From: Podarcis tiliguerta
Lineage: Eukaryota
Reading direction: 5' to 3' (one strand)
Length of the DNA: 64,000 bases
Assembly: GCA_965153285.1 (NCBI GenBank)
Contig: OZ229116.1
Part shown: positions 1 through 14,330 of the stretch, piece by piece
Position numbering within the stretch: position 1 is the first letter of the stretch
Layout: each line of letters starts with the position of its first letter
Program-made: the position numbers and the translations under genes
Notes under the pieces: generated by a model
What the model was told of the DNA's origin: nothing
What the model saw: the letters and a program-made list of their open reading frames with translations, nothing else
Database searches by the model: none

Positions 1-155
1 TTTCGCCAGAAGTGGCTTAGTCATGCTGGCCACATGACCCAGAAAAACTGTCTGCGGACAAACGTCGGCTCCCTTGACCAGTAAGCGAGATGAGTGCCGC
101 AACCCCAGAGTCGTTCTCGACTGGACTTAACTGCCAGGGGTCCTTTACCTTTACA
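1..155 (+). mobile_element. Sauria SINE, 3' part (window-truncated)
   Basis: GGCTTAGTCATGCTGGCCACATGACC...GCAACCCCAGAGTCG...GGGGTCCTTTACCTTTAC tail. Confidence 0.88.
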
Positions 156-1105
156 TTTTATATCCCACCAGTTTTTCACCATGGGAATTCAAGGTGGTCT
201 ACATATGGTTTCCAGTTGGTGTCCCATTCAGGCACTGACCATACTCAGACCTACTGCATCACAGTAGCTAAAACCTATGTCCTAGGACTAGAGAGCAGAT
301 GCATTGCATTCTAGTTTAATCTATAAGACAACATATCAAAGGAGAATAAGGACAGAGGATGTAGTAAAAGATTAACTTTGTTGAATCTTGGCATGGAGAT
401 CCATTCTCCTCTGACAACAGTATACATATCCATTCAGATCATAGATTATGTAAATTTCTGCAATATACTGAAGTAGCGGAGCTCACCAGCAAGTGCTGAA
501 AACAGAAGAAAACAGTAGGTTAAGTGCTGTGCTTTTATTTTCTCCTTTTTTATTCTGTCAGTGTTTTTATTGCTAGGATTGCTTAATGTGAGCATTATGT
601 CTTGCATCAATTGTGACGAGGGGCAAGTGGCACTTCCACATAATTGTGCTTGTATGATAATCCTTTTCATGTTGTTGTTTTTAAAATGGAGGTGAATGTT
701 GAATGGAAATTGATTAATCAATGGGGTTTCCAATAATAAGGAATAAAGTAGCATTCCAATCTTTTTGATGTCTTGTTTTTAAAAAATAAAAAGAATCTGG
801 CTTCTTGTTTAAAGAAGGGACATAAAAAGCTGCTGTTTACCAGATCAGACTGTTATTTATATTGTCTGGCAGTGGCTCTCCAAGGAGGGTTGGAAGGATT
901 TGTCAATTTCAGTCCTCTCGGTTTCTCATTTTTCCAGTCTTAAATTCAGATCTCCACATTTCTGCAGCAATTTGCAGTTTTTCTTTTCAAAACTCCTCAT
1001 GAACAGTGAGAGAATTCAAGTTCGCCAGCACACACCTTGGCATGGTTTTCCTTAGAATGATGGCCATTTGAGAGGGTGATATCTTTCTGATACATGGTTT
1101 ATTTA

Positions 1106-1106
<1 letters not shown>

Positions 1107-1185
<79 letters not shown>
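1107..1185. repeat. Compound (AC)n(AT)n microsatellite
   Basis: Seen directly. Confidence 0.98.
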
Positions 1186-1187
<2 letters not shown>

Positions 1188-1350
1188 AGCTGAATATAAG
1201 AGGAATAGACCTGCAGCACCAACTCTCCAACAGATCTTGTTCCCCAATTAGGTTTCTAAGGCCCCTTCGCCCACCCACTGAGCCATAGCTTTGGATTTAG
1301 CACAGAGAACAAGCTAAGTATCTGTGTTTTCTCAGCAGAAGAGAGGATTA

Positions 1351-1708
1351 AAAGGTAAAAGTACCCCTGCCCATAAGGGCCAGTCTTGACAGACTCTAGG
1401 GTTGTGCGCCCATCTCACTCAAGAGGCCGGGGGCCAGCGCTGTCCGGAGACACTTCCGGGTCACGTGGCCAGCGTGACATCGCTGCTCTGGCAAGCCAGA
1501 GCCGCACACGGAAACGCCATTTACCTTCCCGCTAGTAAGCGGTCCCTATTTATCTACTTGCACCCAGGAGTGCTTTCGAACTGCTAGGTTGGCAGGCGCT
1601 GGGACCGAACGACGGGAGCGCACCCCGCCGCGGGGATTCGAACCACTGACCTTTCGATCGGCAAGCCCTAGGCACTGAGGCTTTTACCCACAGCGCCACC
1701 CACGTCCC
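1351..1708 (-). mobile_element. Sauria SINE, full length
   Basis: tRNA-like head with B box GGTTCGAATCC on the minus strand and ACCTTT tail. 13-bp TSD GAAGAGAGGATTA (1338-1350, 1711-1723). Confidence 0.93.
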
Positions 1709-3614
1709 TGGAAGAGAGGATTAGCCCAGCTCTATTGTTTCCTGATATCACCTCCAGCCAATGTGGTGGGGTGTGGGGAAGCCTGCCCAGTTTAGCTCTC
1801 ATCTGAAAGCATCTCCAGCTGGTAGTTTCTCCAGCAGCCAGTCACCTATATGCTTTAGTCTCGCAAAGAAATCATTAGCAGATCTGGCTGTAGCTATGGA
1901 CTTAAGAAAGAGACTCGTTTGACCACTTAGTGGCCTCACTTTCAACAAAATCCCATATTACAAATATAAAACCACAGACTTGGAGGGGACCCAAAGATAG
2001 CATCCAAAACAACCAGCCACTCTCCCCCACCAGTTGTAAAGTAGTAGGAAATCTTTTTTGCTTAATAGAACAACATGACCTATGTCAATATATACAGATC
2101 ATTCTGTACTAATACAAAAATATGTTGAATAATGCCTGCAGTATGAAAACTAGGCATGCCATTTCCAGTTAAGTTCCATAATAGCACCGAAGGTGGCAGG
2201 CAACATGGGAAGATCCCCAAGAGCTGTGTGGCTTGGATGGTTTGAACAACCACAACTTACCTCCCATTCTTACACAGGAGGAGCATAATTATTTTCAAAG
2301 AGTAAATGCGTAAAATGATGAGGAGCCATTGCTCTAGCACTGTTATAAGATGCTAACTGGTGATGTATTTAATCCCAGAGATGCTTGACATTCAAAGAGT
2401 GAGTGATGTACGGCAGAGCATTTGTATGGGCCATCTGGAGATGTACACCAAACTCCACACTTGATGAGGAACTGAAACTTCTGATTCCAAGACCTAAATA
2501 TGCATCAATCTCCGCTCTGGTTTTAATTGATTCCTAACAAGAAGAATTTTGGCAAACCGCAACATGCTTTTGTGCGAAATGCCTCTGTTGTTACAATATC
2601 ATAAATTGTTTTTAATCATTTGCACATATTATCGTGTGATGGCAACCACAGATCTGTTGAAATGAATATAAGATTCTGATTAGGAAAAAAATGGTTTTGC
2701 AACTTACTTATTTATATTTTTAAAATGGCTTTGCAACTTATTTATTTATATCAAAACTTATTTATTTATATTATATTTATTTATATCAATTATATTATTT
2801 ATATCATTTATATTATATTCACCTGCTTTTCATCAAATGAACAATGCCAGGGCAGGGTACACGAAAAACCAGTACAACAAATTCATAAACACAGAGAGAG
2901 AGAAATCTCCAAAAACAGAAACCTCTTACCATTTACCAGTACTTAAAATATTCAACATGTTTTGTTATGCTCTGGGATGTTACAGGGCAGTAATTTATAA
3001 GATGGAAAATATGAATATATTTTTGCTCTCCCATTAGCTTTTACAGAATCTTTTCCTGTGTACAGGAATGCTGCTAAGGTCCTCAGGAGCATTGACTCTT
3101 CTTTTAATCTTTGTACATTTCATGTGAAGGTCTGGAGTAGGTTTCTGAATGAATTCAGCTGGGCACACTTTGAAGCCTCCCTGTGATGAGGAACCCTGAA
3201 GACTTTTCAAATGAATGCCTTTAGAAATACTCTTTAGACCTTTGTACTAAACATGTCAAAGTCTGATGAGGAACCTGTGCACCCAGGAATGTTGGGGACC
3301 AGGCATGAGGGCATGCCTGCCCCCCACCCCATTCTTGGTGAATAGGACCCGCATTGCTCCCTAACCTACCAGTCCAGCTAATATCATCCACCAAATCATT
3401 CCCTTATTCCCATCCAGGTCATCATGCACCCCAGTGCCCCTGGTTTCATCTTTGAAGCTGGAGGGCCCTGCTCCTTCCTACTTGATATGGGACATAATTT
3501 TGAATGAACTTCCCTGGGAGACCAACCTGAGGCATTAGATCATACCGTATTTCTATATACTAAAAAAAACCTTCTAGCCAGCCCCAGTTTACAATGTGCT
3601 GAGAAGCTCCCTAA

Positions 3615-3971
3615 AAGGTAAAGATACCCCTGCCCGTACGGGCCAGTCTTGACAGACTCTAGGGTTGTGCGCCCATCGCACTCAAGAGGCCGGGGGCCAG
3701 CACTGTCCGGAGACACTTCCGGGTCATGTGGCCAGCGTGACATCGCTGCTCTAGCGAGCCAGAGCCGCACACGGAAACACCGTTTCCCTTCCCGCTAGTA
3801 AGCGGTCCCTATTTATCTACTTGCACCCGGGAGTGCTTTTGAACTGCTAGGTTGGCAGGTGCTGGGACTGAACAATGGGAGCGCACCCCGCCGCGGGGAT
3901 TCGAACCGCCGACCTTTCGATCGGCAAGCCCTAGGCACTGAGGCTTTTACCCACAGCACCACCCGCGTCCC
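3615..3971 (-). mobile_element. Sauria SINE, full length
   Basis: Near-identical to the 1351 copy. 14-bp TSD GAGAAGCTCCCTAA (3601-3614, 3972-3985). Confidence 0.93.
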
Positions 3972-6900
3972 GAGAAGCTCCCTAATTCTCCGTTAATCTT
4001 GTATAACATGCAAAAATGAGTGTTGATTTCTGTAAAGTCCTGGAATTCATTACTACACCAAACAATGCACGCGAATATGTCCAGGCCTATGCCAAGTTAC
4101 AGAGAATAGATGAACAGCTTGGATCTTTTTATCAGCATCCCGGAGAGGGGTGGTATTATTTGGCAGGGGTGGGGGGTGCTCTGGGCCTCTGTGTTCTTTC
4201 TGCTACTAAAGAGCAGCCCCGTCATGGAGCATCCTTTGCTGGAAAGAGGAGCCAAGAAGATGGCCTTGGCAAAATAGAGGAGAAGCTGCAGATGCCCTGT
4301 CTGCTTATTTGGTGCTGCTGGTGGCAACATGACAAGAGACTAGAACCCTGCTTAGTGGAGCCTGTGCTGAGCATTTCACTTTCCTGACAATTAATCTGGA
4401 AATCTTCCTAACTTATACATCTGCTCATCTAATTAACACACTGCGGGATAAAGCTAAGTAAAGATGGACTGAAAAGAGGATAATTTGTTCTTTTTCTTTT
4501 TTTACTTGCATTTCCCTTAAAGCTTTGGGAGATTCCCCTGCCTTTGCCAACAAGTGTTTGGCTGCCACAGAGACAGACAGATGTGCACCTCTCCACCAAA
4601 TAGTCACATCTGTGCTCTCTGTGCCCCATTAATGCCCTGCCTACCTGTATAATATAGCACTGGACTGGGTCTTAAAAAAAAAAGGTATATGTGCAGCATT
4701 CAAGAGTTATGGCTCGGTTTCGATTCTACTCAGCTGCTTTCAGCCCACCTCAGTTCTCGCAGATCTTTTCCAGTCGTACTTCTTAGAAAGTCTTTTGTCC
4801 CAAAGTGTACTCTCTAGATTTGCATTTTGGTGGAGCTGCCAACTAGAGAATGCAAGCAATGAATGTCAGGTAAACTACATTTATAGCCAACAAATATTTG
4901 TTTCCTTTGCAGGTATGGGAAGCTATAAAAATTGGTTATAATATCCAATACATCTCTGTCTGTCTGCTGAAATGTAAAGTGTGAATCAGAAGCATGGATT
5001 TTATCTGCAGTCATCTCTGCATATTGGAGCATATGCTTCAGATTGCACCATAAGTAGGATTTGTAAGTTTCTCTTGCCCCCCCCTTTCTTTTTCTTTCCT
5101 GTTTGCGCAGATATCCAAAAAGGTAATGTCCAAATCCACACTAAGGTTGTATCCACTTTTAGTCAGAGCAGACTCACTGAAATGAATAGGCATGTCTTTT
5201 CTGAGCAGCTGGCAATAACCCTAATTCTACTATTTGTGCCGCATGACATTTTATTTTCCTTTTTCTTAGCATTTCCATTGGACTGCACCATCATTCCCTC
5301 ATTAGCAAAAGAAACTGCAAGGGAATGGCGTAGATTAACTACCTATTCAAAGGCTAGAAATGTAAGCAAATGTATTAAGGAATTAAATCCCATTGAACTC
5401 TGTGGATTTTACTTAGGAGTAAACACGCTCTTTGATCACCTTGCATGCTGCTGCGGCTGCTGCTGCTTTTTGCAGTGGGACATTGGGATTCTTCTCAAAG
5501 CACAAACCTTTGAGAAAAAACACCATACCAGGGACACAGAGGATAAACATCTTTAAGGCAGTTAGTTCCTCTTGAGATCGCACACTACTTCAGAGTCTTC
5601 ATGCTTCAAGACATACATTAGCCAGGGCTTGTTCTGTACCTCTGTCCCATCCATTTGAACTTCATTTTCCTTTCTGCCTCACCAAAGATATTTATCTTTG
5701 CTACCATTGCCATAGAGAAGCCAGATTGGAGGAAGGAGACAGACAAATGTATACCGCATCAATGGAGAATTCATTGCAGCGGGAAGGTGCAGAATACAGT
5801 GGGGGACAGAGAAATGGAGGAGTGGCTGGAGAAAACATGCAGAAATATGCATGAGATTGAGAGACACAGGGGAGTCATGGTTATCAAAATGCAAAGCATT
5901 ATTTAGTTCTAACTCTGTGTTTATGACATCACTGGTTCGAAGTGCACACACTGATATATTTGCTCAGTTCAGAGAAGAGGCTGGATGAAAAACAAAACAA
6001 AATATTTTCCATATAGTCCACCTAGGTTGCTGAGTGGAGCCCTCCTAACTGTACCACAGTCTATTGAGCTTGTGTTGGCCAGGATTCAACGGAGGATCTT
6101 TGTTGTGCCACCTATTTTGTGGCATGAACTTCCTATGGAAACCGGGCGAACATCAATGATGGGTTGCTATTCTGGGCAGTTTTAAAAAAAAAAATCTCTT
6201 TACCCTGCTAGTTTCCTGACTGTTGACATCGAGTATGTTTATGTTTGGTTTTGTTCTGACTGCTATAGCAGCTACTGAAATTATATGGCAATCTGGATGT
6301 TTTAACTGTTGTTATTTGATTATCTTAAAACTTTATGTATATTATGATCTGCTTTGAGAATTCCAAATGAAATTGGTGTATAATTTTCAAAGATAAAAAT
6401 AAGAAATATGAATAATAGAATAAGATCTCTCAAAAGAAGCATCAGTAAAAAGGGAGGAGTAGTGTGAACACACACCAAAGGGCTGCAATAGCACTTTATT
6501 ATTACTATTATTATTTATTACATTTGTATATCCCCTTCATCTATAGATCTCAAGGTGGTGCGCATCATAAAAATACAATATAAACATTTTAAGCATACTC
6601 AACCATTCTTTGGTCCTGACTTCTGATGCCATATTGGGTCTGCGTTTTCAGTAGGGTCATGACCACTTTTGCTGCCACATGTTATTATATAGTTGCCAGA
6701 AAGTCAAGTGCAGAAGAGGGATTAGCTCCAGAATTCCAAAGGTCCTTAAGCCAACTAGGTCCATTTGAAGCACTTCATCACGTGTCCTCAGATTTTTGAA
6801 TGACACTACCTGGTTACACATCTCAGTGGTCTCAAAGCCTCTGAGCAAAAAAAAAATCTAGAAGATTCATGCTTCTCAAGGATATCTGGCTATTAGTTAG

Positions 6901-7839
6901 TTGATAAAGGAAGTTAATATTCCCTTTTGCTAAGTGAATTATATTTTCTCTCCTTAAATATCCACCTGTGATAGAGGTTTAACCAGTGGTTCAGGTAGAG
7001 CATCTGTGGCTGATCCCAGCATTACATTTTCATCCACATTTCTTATATTGATTTCCTTATCTTCTTATTACCTTCCTCTTTGCTAGGCACAGGATAATAG
7101 AAAAATGGAGATAATGAAGGATACAAAAACATTCATTCTGTCATGGATGGATATTTGATTTTGGTAATGAACAACCAAGGCTCTAATATAATTGGCAGAC
7201 TTACTTGCCTGTGCGTGGGCACTTAAACAGAGAGGGTATTTTGACAGCCCAGCATTGATTAAATTGGTCTTTAATTGAAGTAACCAAGTCTTAGCAATGC
7301 TGTAAATACTACATTAATTTCAAAACAGTGTTAATTGCAAAAAATTTATTAATGAAAATAATTCAACATTATTTTCATAATTGCTGATTAAGAAATTGTT
7401 TTGGTCTTAAACTGTAATTACATAGCAATTATATTTTGTTTTGTTATAAATATACTACAAGTATGCTACAGTTACCACTGTGTGCTACATGAGACACAGT
7501 CTTTCCCTCCACAGTGGTGGCTGCTTAATTAAAATATTAATGATGTCCTCATATTCACAATACTTCCCATACTTTATACGTCAATATGCAATGTAGTGCA
7601 TAGTGTGTCAGACACACTTCAGTTAATTTCTGGAAAAATAAAATAATGTGCAAGCAAAGTAACTACCACAGTGGTATTTTTCTCTCTGCCCAGGCAATGT
7701 CAGATTAGTGATGGAGCTGGCATCACATAGCGCTTATGGAAAAAAATAGGGTTATAGAGAATGGATAGTCCTTGTCCTGTTCTAACTTGGCTCAAAGTTC
7801 CCAGGGGCAGCCAGGCTAAAGAAGTGGCACTTACTGGAA

Positions 7840-7941
7840 TGGCAGGATCAAGTCCAGAAAAGAAGAATGAAGTCCAGTGGTCAAGTAGGCTGGCAAGATA
7901 AAGTCCAGAAAAGAAGAATGAAGTCCAATGGTCAAGTAGGC
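7840..7941 (+). repeat. 51-bp tandem duplication (2 copies)
   Basis: TGGCA.GAT.AAGTCCAGAAAAGAAGAATGAAGTCCA.TGGTCAAGTAGGC x2 with 3 mismatches. Confidence 0.9.
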
Positions 7942-10651
7942 TATGCTGGATCACAACCAGCAAGGGAAGGGAAGGTCTGTCAGGACCCAGGAGAGGTCAC
8001 TGTGGCAAGGGCTAACTGGAAATCACCCAAAGAGAGCTGTTGACTCAGCAGCATGCTGAACTCTTCTGAAGACTAGTTGGTTAGCCGGCTGTTAACTTCA
8101 TCCACTCTGAGCTGCAATCTGTTTCTTAAAGGGCCATTGCTTGATTTGGTAGCCTCTAGATCCTATGCCATGGGAGCAATGAGAACTTCATCAAGGGTGT
8201 GCCCTCTGAATCTGAAAAAATAATAATCAGGCAAAACAATGTCCTTTGACTTGAATGGTCCTGGAGCAGGGGGTGATGCCTGCCTAGGCAATTCCTTCTT
8301 CCCTTCCCCGAGTCTTCCTCTGAGCCAGAAGGGCACTGAGGCCAGACAGCATTGTGATTGTCTTCAGTTATGTGATTGTGCCTTGGATACACTCCAAAAC
8401 TCCACATGGTTCAAATGCAGGCAATGAGTTCCATGAGAACAGAAGTGTCCTGAGCTCTTCATACAAGAGGACATGCACAGCACCAGTGTGCCTGCAAAGC
8501 ATTCCAGAAACTAAAGAGACAAACTTGCAGAGTCTGGTATACATATTGGAGTCCCAGCATATATCTCCTAGCTATCAGACTGGTTTAGGTCTGACCTGAA
8601 ATCTATATATGTGTTGAGGAAGGGGATTATTCTGATGTTTGCTCAGGGGTCTGTGATTTTTCTCAGCACACCAATACATAATAGTATGTGACATTTCAAG
8701 GGAGAAAGTGTACTTCGTGGAGAAGAAAAAAGAAAACAACATGTCATGTAACTTGTCTACCCATCACCTCAAAATGTGAATCCAGTGTTTGATTTTGTTA
8801 TTAAATGAAGTGCAAAAGCATGGCTACAGGTGCAGGAGTGACATGTTTGCTCTGAAATTAAATCTAGAGGCTGTATTCTAGTCCCAATTTGCCCAATGTT
8901 TACTTGATTTCTTACATTCCAGATTCAGGGATGGGATCTTCATGGGCTTTTAACATAGGGTTGTGTCTATGAGATTATAAAAGCTAGACGGGATAAACCA
9001 GGTACAGCTTTAATTAAAGAGAGGCTAACCATCCTCTCTCACCCCCCAGAAAGTATCTTCATGATAAATAGATGAAATGCCCCACTGATAACTTCTACTA
9101 TGGATTCATTCCTTCATTCCTTTTTTTCTTTATCCCTTCAATTTCCAATCTACAACTGAAACTTCTACAATGTTTTATTGAACTGGATATCAGAAGACAT
9201 CAATTTGCGACAGCCTCATAAAAAATAAAATAAAACTGTGATACAGAAGAGAAACCGCTGTATCAGACACACTTCAGTTCCCTTCTACCCCTACCTCAGT
9301 GCTCCCGTCAGAAATATCATCAGCCACTGAGGCTGGAAAACAAAATCTCAACTCAAATGCTATTAATACAATAGTCTGAAACTTTCAATACATCCTATGC
9401 CTGTTCTAAAATTAAATATTCATTGGTAGCAAGCTTATGTAAAAGGGTGCCAGAGTTCAAAACAGGAATGCGTATAGGAGATAAAGAGACAGACGGAAGG
9501 GGAAAGAAAGCAGTAGAAACGAAGACTGTGGCCAGACTGTTCTGACTCTGATTGCCGTGGATGTTACCAATTTGAACGCATGTTAGGGATACATAGCTGA
9601 GCAAAATCCGTGTAAATTGGGGATCACAAGTCATATGCTTTAATTAAAAAAAAAATACAGGGAGCTTTTATGGTCATGAAATGGGATTTCTAGTTCTGTC
9701 TTTCAGCCTTCTTATCACACATGTATTACGTGCATTTTGTCAGGCATTGCCAGAGAGGTGCAGGATGATCAGCTTGCATAGCAACTGAATTATGCCCATA
9801 ATTAGGCCTAGAGTCAGTAGCTTGATGTTGGGCAGTAAATTGTATATGTCTCCTTTTTTTGGTTCTTCACATAATAGACCTTTGGCAATAGCTTATTGTA
9901 GCTTATTGTAACAGACAGTGGATCAACATTGAAGTGTTTATCTTGTGATAATTACACTGCTCTTTAAAAAATAAAATAAAATGAGAGTGTATTATCAAAT
10001 GGATTTGCAGCAGGTACCACAGTGGAAGCTCTGGATTGGATACTGGTTTCTGCAGCTTGAAGCCATTTGCTTCAGCTCCAAAAAAAGAAAAAGCCTTTAA
10101 AATGCCACCCAAAGAAATAGATGAAACCTTGCCCTTACCAGAGTATTGCAATGGCCCCAGTTGGCCCTTTAGGAGCCAGGAGGGGGGAGAGCAAGGGCAC
10201 TGCTATTGGCAAATCACTAATGACCCCATTACCTCAGTTAGAACAGACACCAGAGCATGTGCTGTCCCCTTTCATCAGCACTTGGCCTGCAATGCAGCAA
10301 TTCAAAGGGTTGGACCATATGACTAATCTAATCTAATCTGGGTTGTGCTTTAGTCTTATGATTTGCAGATGTTCAGATCCTCTCCACATTCATTTTCAAG
10401 AGAAGAACTGTTCTCCTTCATATATACAGTATTGCTTATGGTTCATGCTGGGTGCCAACCTTATCACCTGATTGGCTTTGTGTCTGAGATACCTTTTGGA
10501 TAGACCATTAGGTCGAAGAGAAGGAATAAAACAGCCAATTAAACATTCATGCTCATAAATGTATCCTGTGTAACTTAATAATGCCCACTTTTTCTCCCCT
10601 TCCCCACCCTTTTACATGCTGCATTTGAAGAACTCTGTCCAAGAATATCAC

Positions 10652-10926
10652 NNNNNNNNNNNNNNNNNNNNNNNNNNNNNNNNNNNNNNNNNNNNNNNNN
10701 NNNNNNNNNNNNNNNNNNNNNNNNNNNNNNNNNNNNNNNNNNNNNNNNNNNNNNNNNNNNNNNNNNNNNNNNNNNNNNNNNNNNNNNNNNNNNNNNNNNN
10801 NNNNNNNNNNNNNNNNNNNNNNNNNNNNNNNNNNNNNNNNNNNNNNNNNNNNNNNNNNNNNNNNNNNNNNNNNNNNNNNNNNNNNNNNNNNNNNNNNNNN
10901 NNNNNNNNNNNNNNNNNNNNNNNNNN
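10652..10926. other. Assembly gap
   Basis: Run of N. Confidence 1.
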
Positions 10927-13900
10927 TTGTGCTTATACATTAAGAAAAATGTACCTGGCATTCCCTTGGACATGACCAGACCCCATAAAAAAGAAAGCAT
11001 TATTAATAGTTGGTTGTAATGCATTTGTGGCAGCGCATCTGAAATTCTGACCTTTAGCATGTTAACTGGCTCTTTTTATCTGGTTCTCTGGCTGACTAAG
11101 CCACAACAGTAGCCTGATTAAATGTAGGGAACCAAAGGTTTGTTATCTATACTTCCTAAACAGAATCCTAACTTTTCTTTCCCCATAAGACCTAGAAGAC
11201 ATTTGCAAAGGAAATATGAAGCTGTAAAATGAAAATAGCAATGATCAGTGTTTCATAGGGGATAATTTGATCATCTATTTGATAATCTGTTTGATAATGT
11301 GATGTGTTTTCATATGGGGCAATTTAATTATCTGTGGGTAGAACAGGGACCTCTGCTCTCTAGTTTAACCTGGGTTGGTACAAATCCTTTTGCCAGGATG
11401 TAAGTAAATGCACACACCCCACCCAATCAAGAGAGTGGAGATTTCAGGTCACTAAATAGTTTGACCTTGGACTAATCACATACCAATAACCTGTGAAAGG
11501 TGTTTATTTTTTTAAAAAAATAAAAATCCTGTATTAGAAAATTGATATCCCACTTTTGTTTCCCAAAGCAAATCCATACTATCTAGCAATAAATACTGTT
11601 ACATTCCACCCCAATCTCTACAAGTGGTGCAAGATTTCGGGGGTTGAAGGTGCACTTCCCATGATCTGTGATCTGTGTTCCCTTTTGGGACAATGAGGCA
11701 TAGTGAAGACGGTAGTGTCTTTATGTTATATGCTTTTATTTACTCATATATACAACCTGCACCTAGATGGACAGATTGCAGAGCATTCACAGCCTATTTG
11801 GTTCTGGCTCCCCCCAGCATTGGATTCAAAGGACAGCAAAAACCCATTCTCTATGTCTCTCAGCCTGTCATGCCCAGCTCACCCCCACCTTCTCATGACC
11901 ATGATCATAGAGTGAGACAGTATCATATTGAATGCTGTCAGTATCATATTGAATTTACTGGTTATCCCCCCGCCCCCGCTGCATTTCAATCACATTTGCA
12001 GGTCATTGTACACATTAGTAAGGTTGGATTTGTTTTCAGTTTGGCCACTGTCTGTCCACACCAGTGAGCTAAGAGGGTAATGAATGTCTTCATATGGTTT
12101 GTTTTCAAATTGGATCAAATCTGGTTTGGGGAAAATGCATCAAAATGCAGTATTTCTCAAGAAACTACAGGATAGAAATGGATTGTGGCTAAGGTTGTGT
12201 GTACATGGCTTCCCTAACCATCAGTGGAAGCATACTGGATGCAGAGTAAGTGCATCCTGAGACAACTGAGCTGCAATAGGTTGCGGTCATTTTCATTTGG
12301 CAGGTGATGGCTACAGTCAAAGAGAAGTAATAGAAATAGATTCTAATGTTCTGCCACTCAGGTGGCCACTCAGCAAGTTTGAGCATTCTGAGTACCACAT
12401 CAGTCACCACAGCACTCATCAGAAGCCATAGTGAAAGAGACCAAAGCAGCACTATTAGTTCTAGTCATGGGGATGAATGAAACAAGAATATTATTATACA
12501 TATGAGTTCAAGCCAAACGTTGGGAACTACATTCCTCGGAACTTGCCAGATATGATTACATTAATCTCTATCATTTCACTCCGTAAATGGAAACAGCAAA
12601 GTAGTTGTCCCCACTGAAAAATAGCAGAACATATTTTCCAGTAAGCAGTTAATAAAACATGTCTATGGTACATTGTAGAAGGCTTCCAATGAATAGGCCT
12701 CACTCTTGAGCCAGACTCCGGTGGAAACAAGTGCCAAAAGACAATGAGGCAGATGAGCATTATATGTGTATTAGTGCTGAAATGAAAAATTGCACCAATT
12801 CAGAATCTGACAAGTTTCATGCATTCACAATTGACAAATTTGGATTTGAACATACAAATGGATATGGAACCAGGGTTTCAGGCACAAAATGGGAGTGCAG
12901 CCAAACCTATGTATCACCAAATAAAAACTTGTCGGGAGCCTGGTTTTGTGGCAAAAGACAAACTTCACATTTGCAAAAGCTGCAAATGGATTTTTGTGAC
13001 CTTTTGCAGCATGCAGTGAATTTATTTTAGAATTTATATCCCACTTCTCCACATATTATTTAACCCAGCTGTTCAGAGCATTTGTGAATTTTAGTTTGAA
13101 TGTATTGTCATTCATATTAATAGTATTATAGATGTTTGCCTCTTAGAAAGGACAGTGTGTGGGGAAAAGTTCACTCAAGCGTCATAAGACAAGACCCAGC
13201 CCTGGATTCATGTTTCTGCTATAACCAAATATAAAACACCACAAAACAATATTTGCAACAACCTGTGGTGTTAATGCAGTGCTTCACAGTGATACTAGAG
13301 AAAATGAAACTGGTGTCACGACCTGTATCTGGGCAGCAACTCAAAGTCATGAGATGAGGAGAGCACAGCCAGAACAGAAGGAATAGCCAGGGAGACCATG
13401 TAAAAGTGAGGCCCTGACACAAGCCATGAAACTCAGCCAAGAGTATGTACACCAAGAGACTCCTGAGCAGGATCCCCCAGAAACCACAATCCCTGAGCCT
13501 GAGGTCCCCACCTGGCAATGGGTAGGCAATGAGCTAGGAGGGAATTCATGAGAGGCAATGAGTGCTAGGTCCCAGGCCAGGAGACTGCTCTAAGCTCTCC
13601 AGGAAAGAAACAGGGCCTGAGAGGGGGATAGTCTGAGAAGTGTAAATGGCCTCATTTAGGTCTTTCCCCGGAAAACCTGAATTGCTGTTCGCTCCAATTC
13701 ACAGAAAGCAGTAGGAGAAGAGGAAGTGTGTATAAGCCCTCAGTTGGAAATGTTGTTCTCCTGGAGTTCTCCAGGGCCCTGTAACTCCAGCTTTACCTGC
13801 TTGCTTGCTAGACTGCTTTGTTTTAAGGCACTCTGGAATCTGCCCCCTGGGCTATTGCTTTTGGTCAGGAGAGAACAACTGACCATAAGTGCCCCACACT

Positions 13901-14084
13901 TTTTGTTTGGGACCTGCCATAGTAGAAGAAGCTGGCTTGACTGTTGATGTCACAGGTTCTACAGAAGTACCTGGTCAATATTTCAGCATTGAAATATTGG
14001 TTGATATGGCCAAATGTGAAGTATTATCTTTCTAGGAATCATAGGCAATTAAGCATACTCCAAAGGTTTCAGAGGAGTAGTGTT

Positions 14085-14330
14085 AGTCTGTTGCGGTATT
14101 CTGCCCATAGTGTTCTGGACAACTGCAGTTTCCAAACTGCCTTCGAAGGCACTCCTATGTAAAGGGCACCCAACCTAGAAGTGACCAAACCATAAATAAC
14201 TGTGGCTAGATTATTTCTGTACAGGAGAGGTTGCGAAAACAGTGTGTCAGTCTCAACCAACAGAAGGTCCTTTATGCTGCTGAGCCTATTTGAGCCTAAG
14301 GTGATAAAGACCAATCTAACAGCCTTCCCA
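14085..14330 (-). mobile_element. L2 LINE fragment
   Basis: NLATVIYGLVTSRL.ALYIGVPSKAVWKLQL, a decayed LATVVHALVTSRLDYCNALYVGLPLK..KLQL. Confidence 0.7.

Noticed and set aside
4981-5556. 191-aa ORF and the many other 60-145-aa ORFs in the track
   Set aside because: Mostly non-ATG starts, low-complexity or repeat-derived, with no recognisable homology.
13314-13953. Possible solo LTR (TGTCACGA...TGTCACA, TATAAG near 13730)
   Set aside because: No TSD or second copy visible; cannot be supported from sequence alone.
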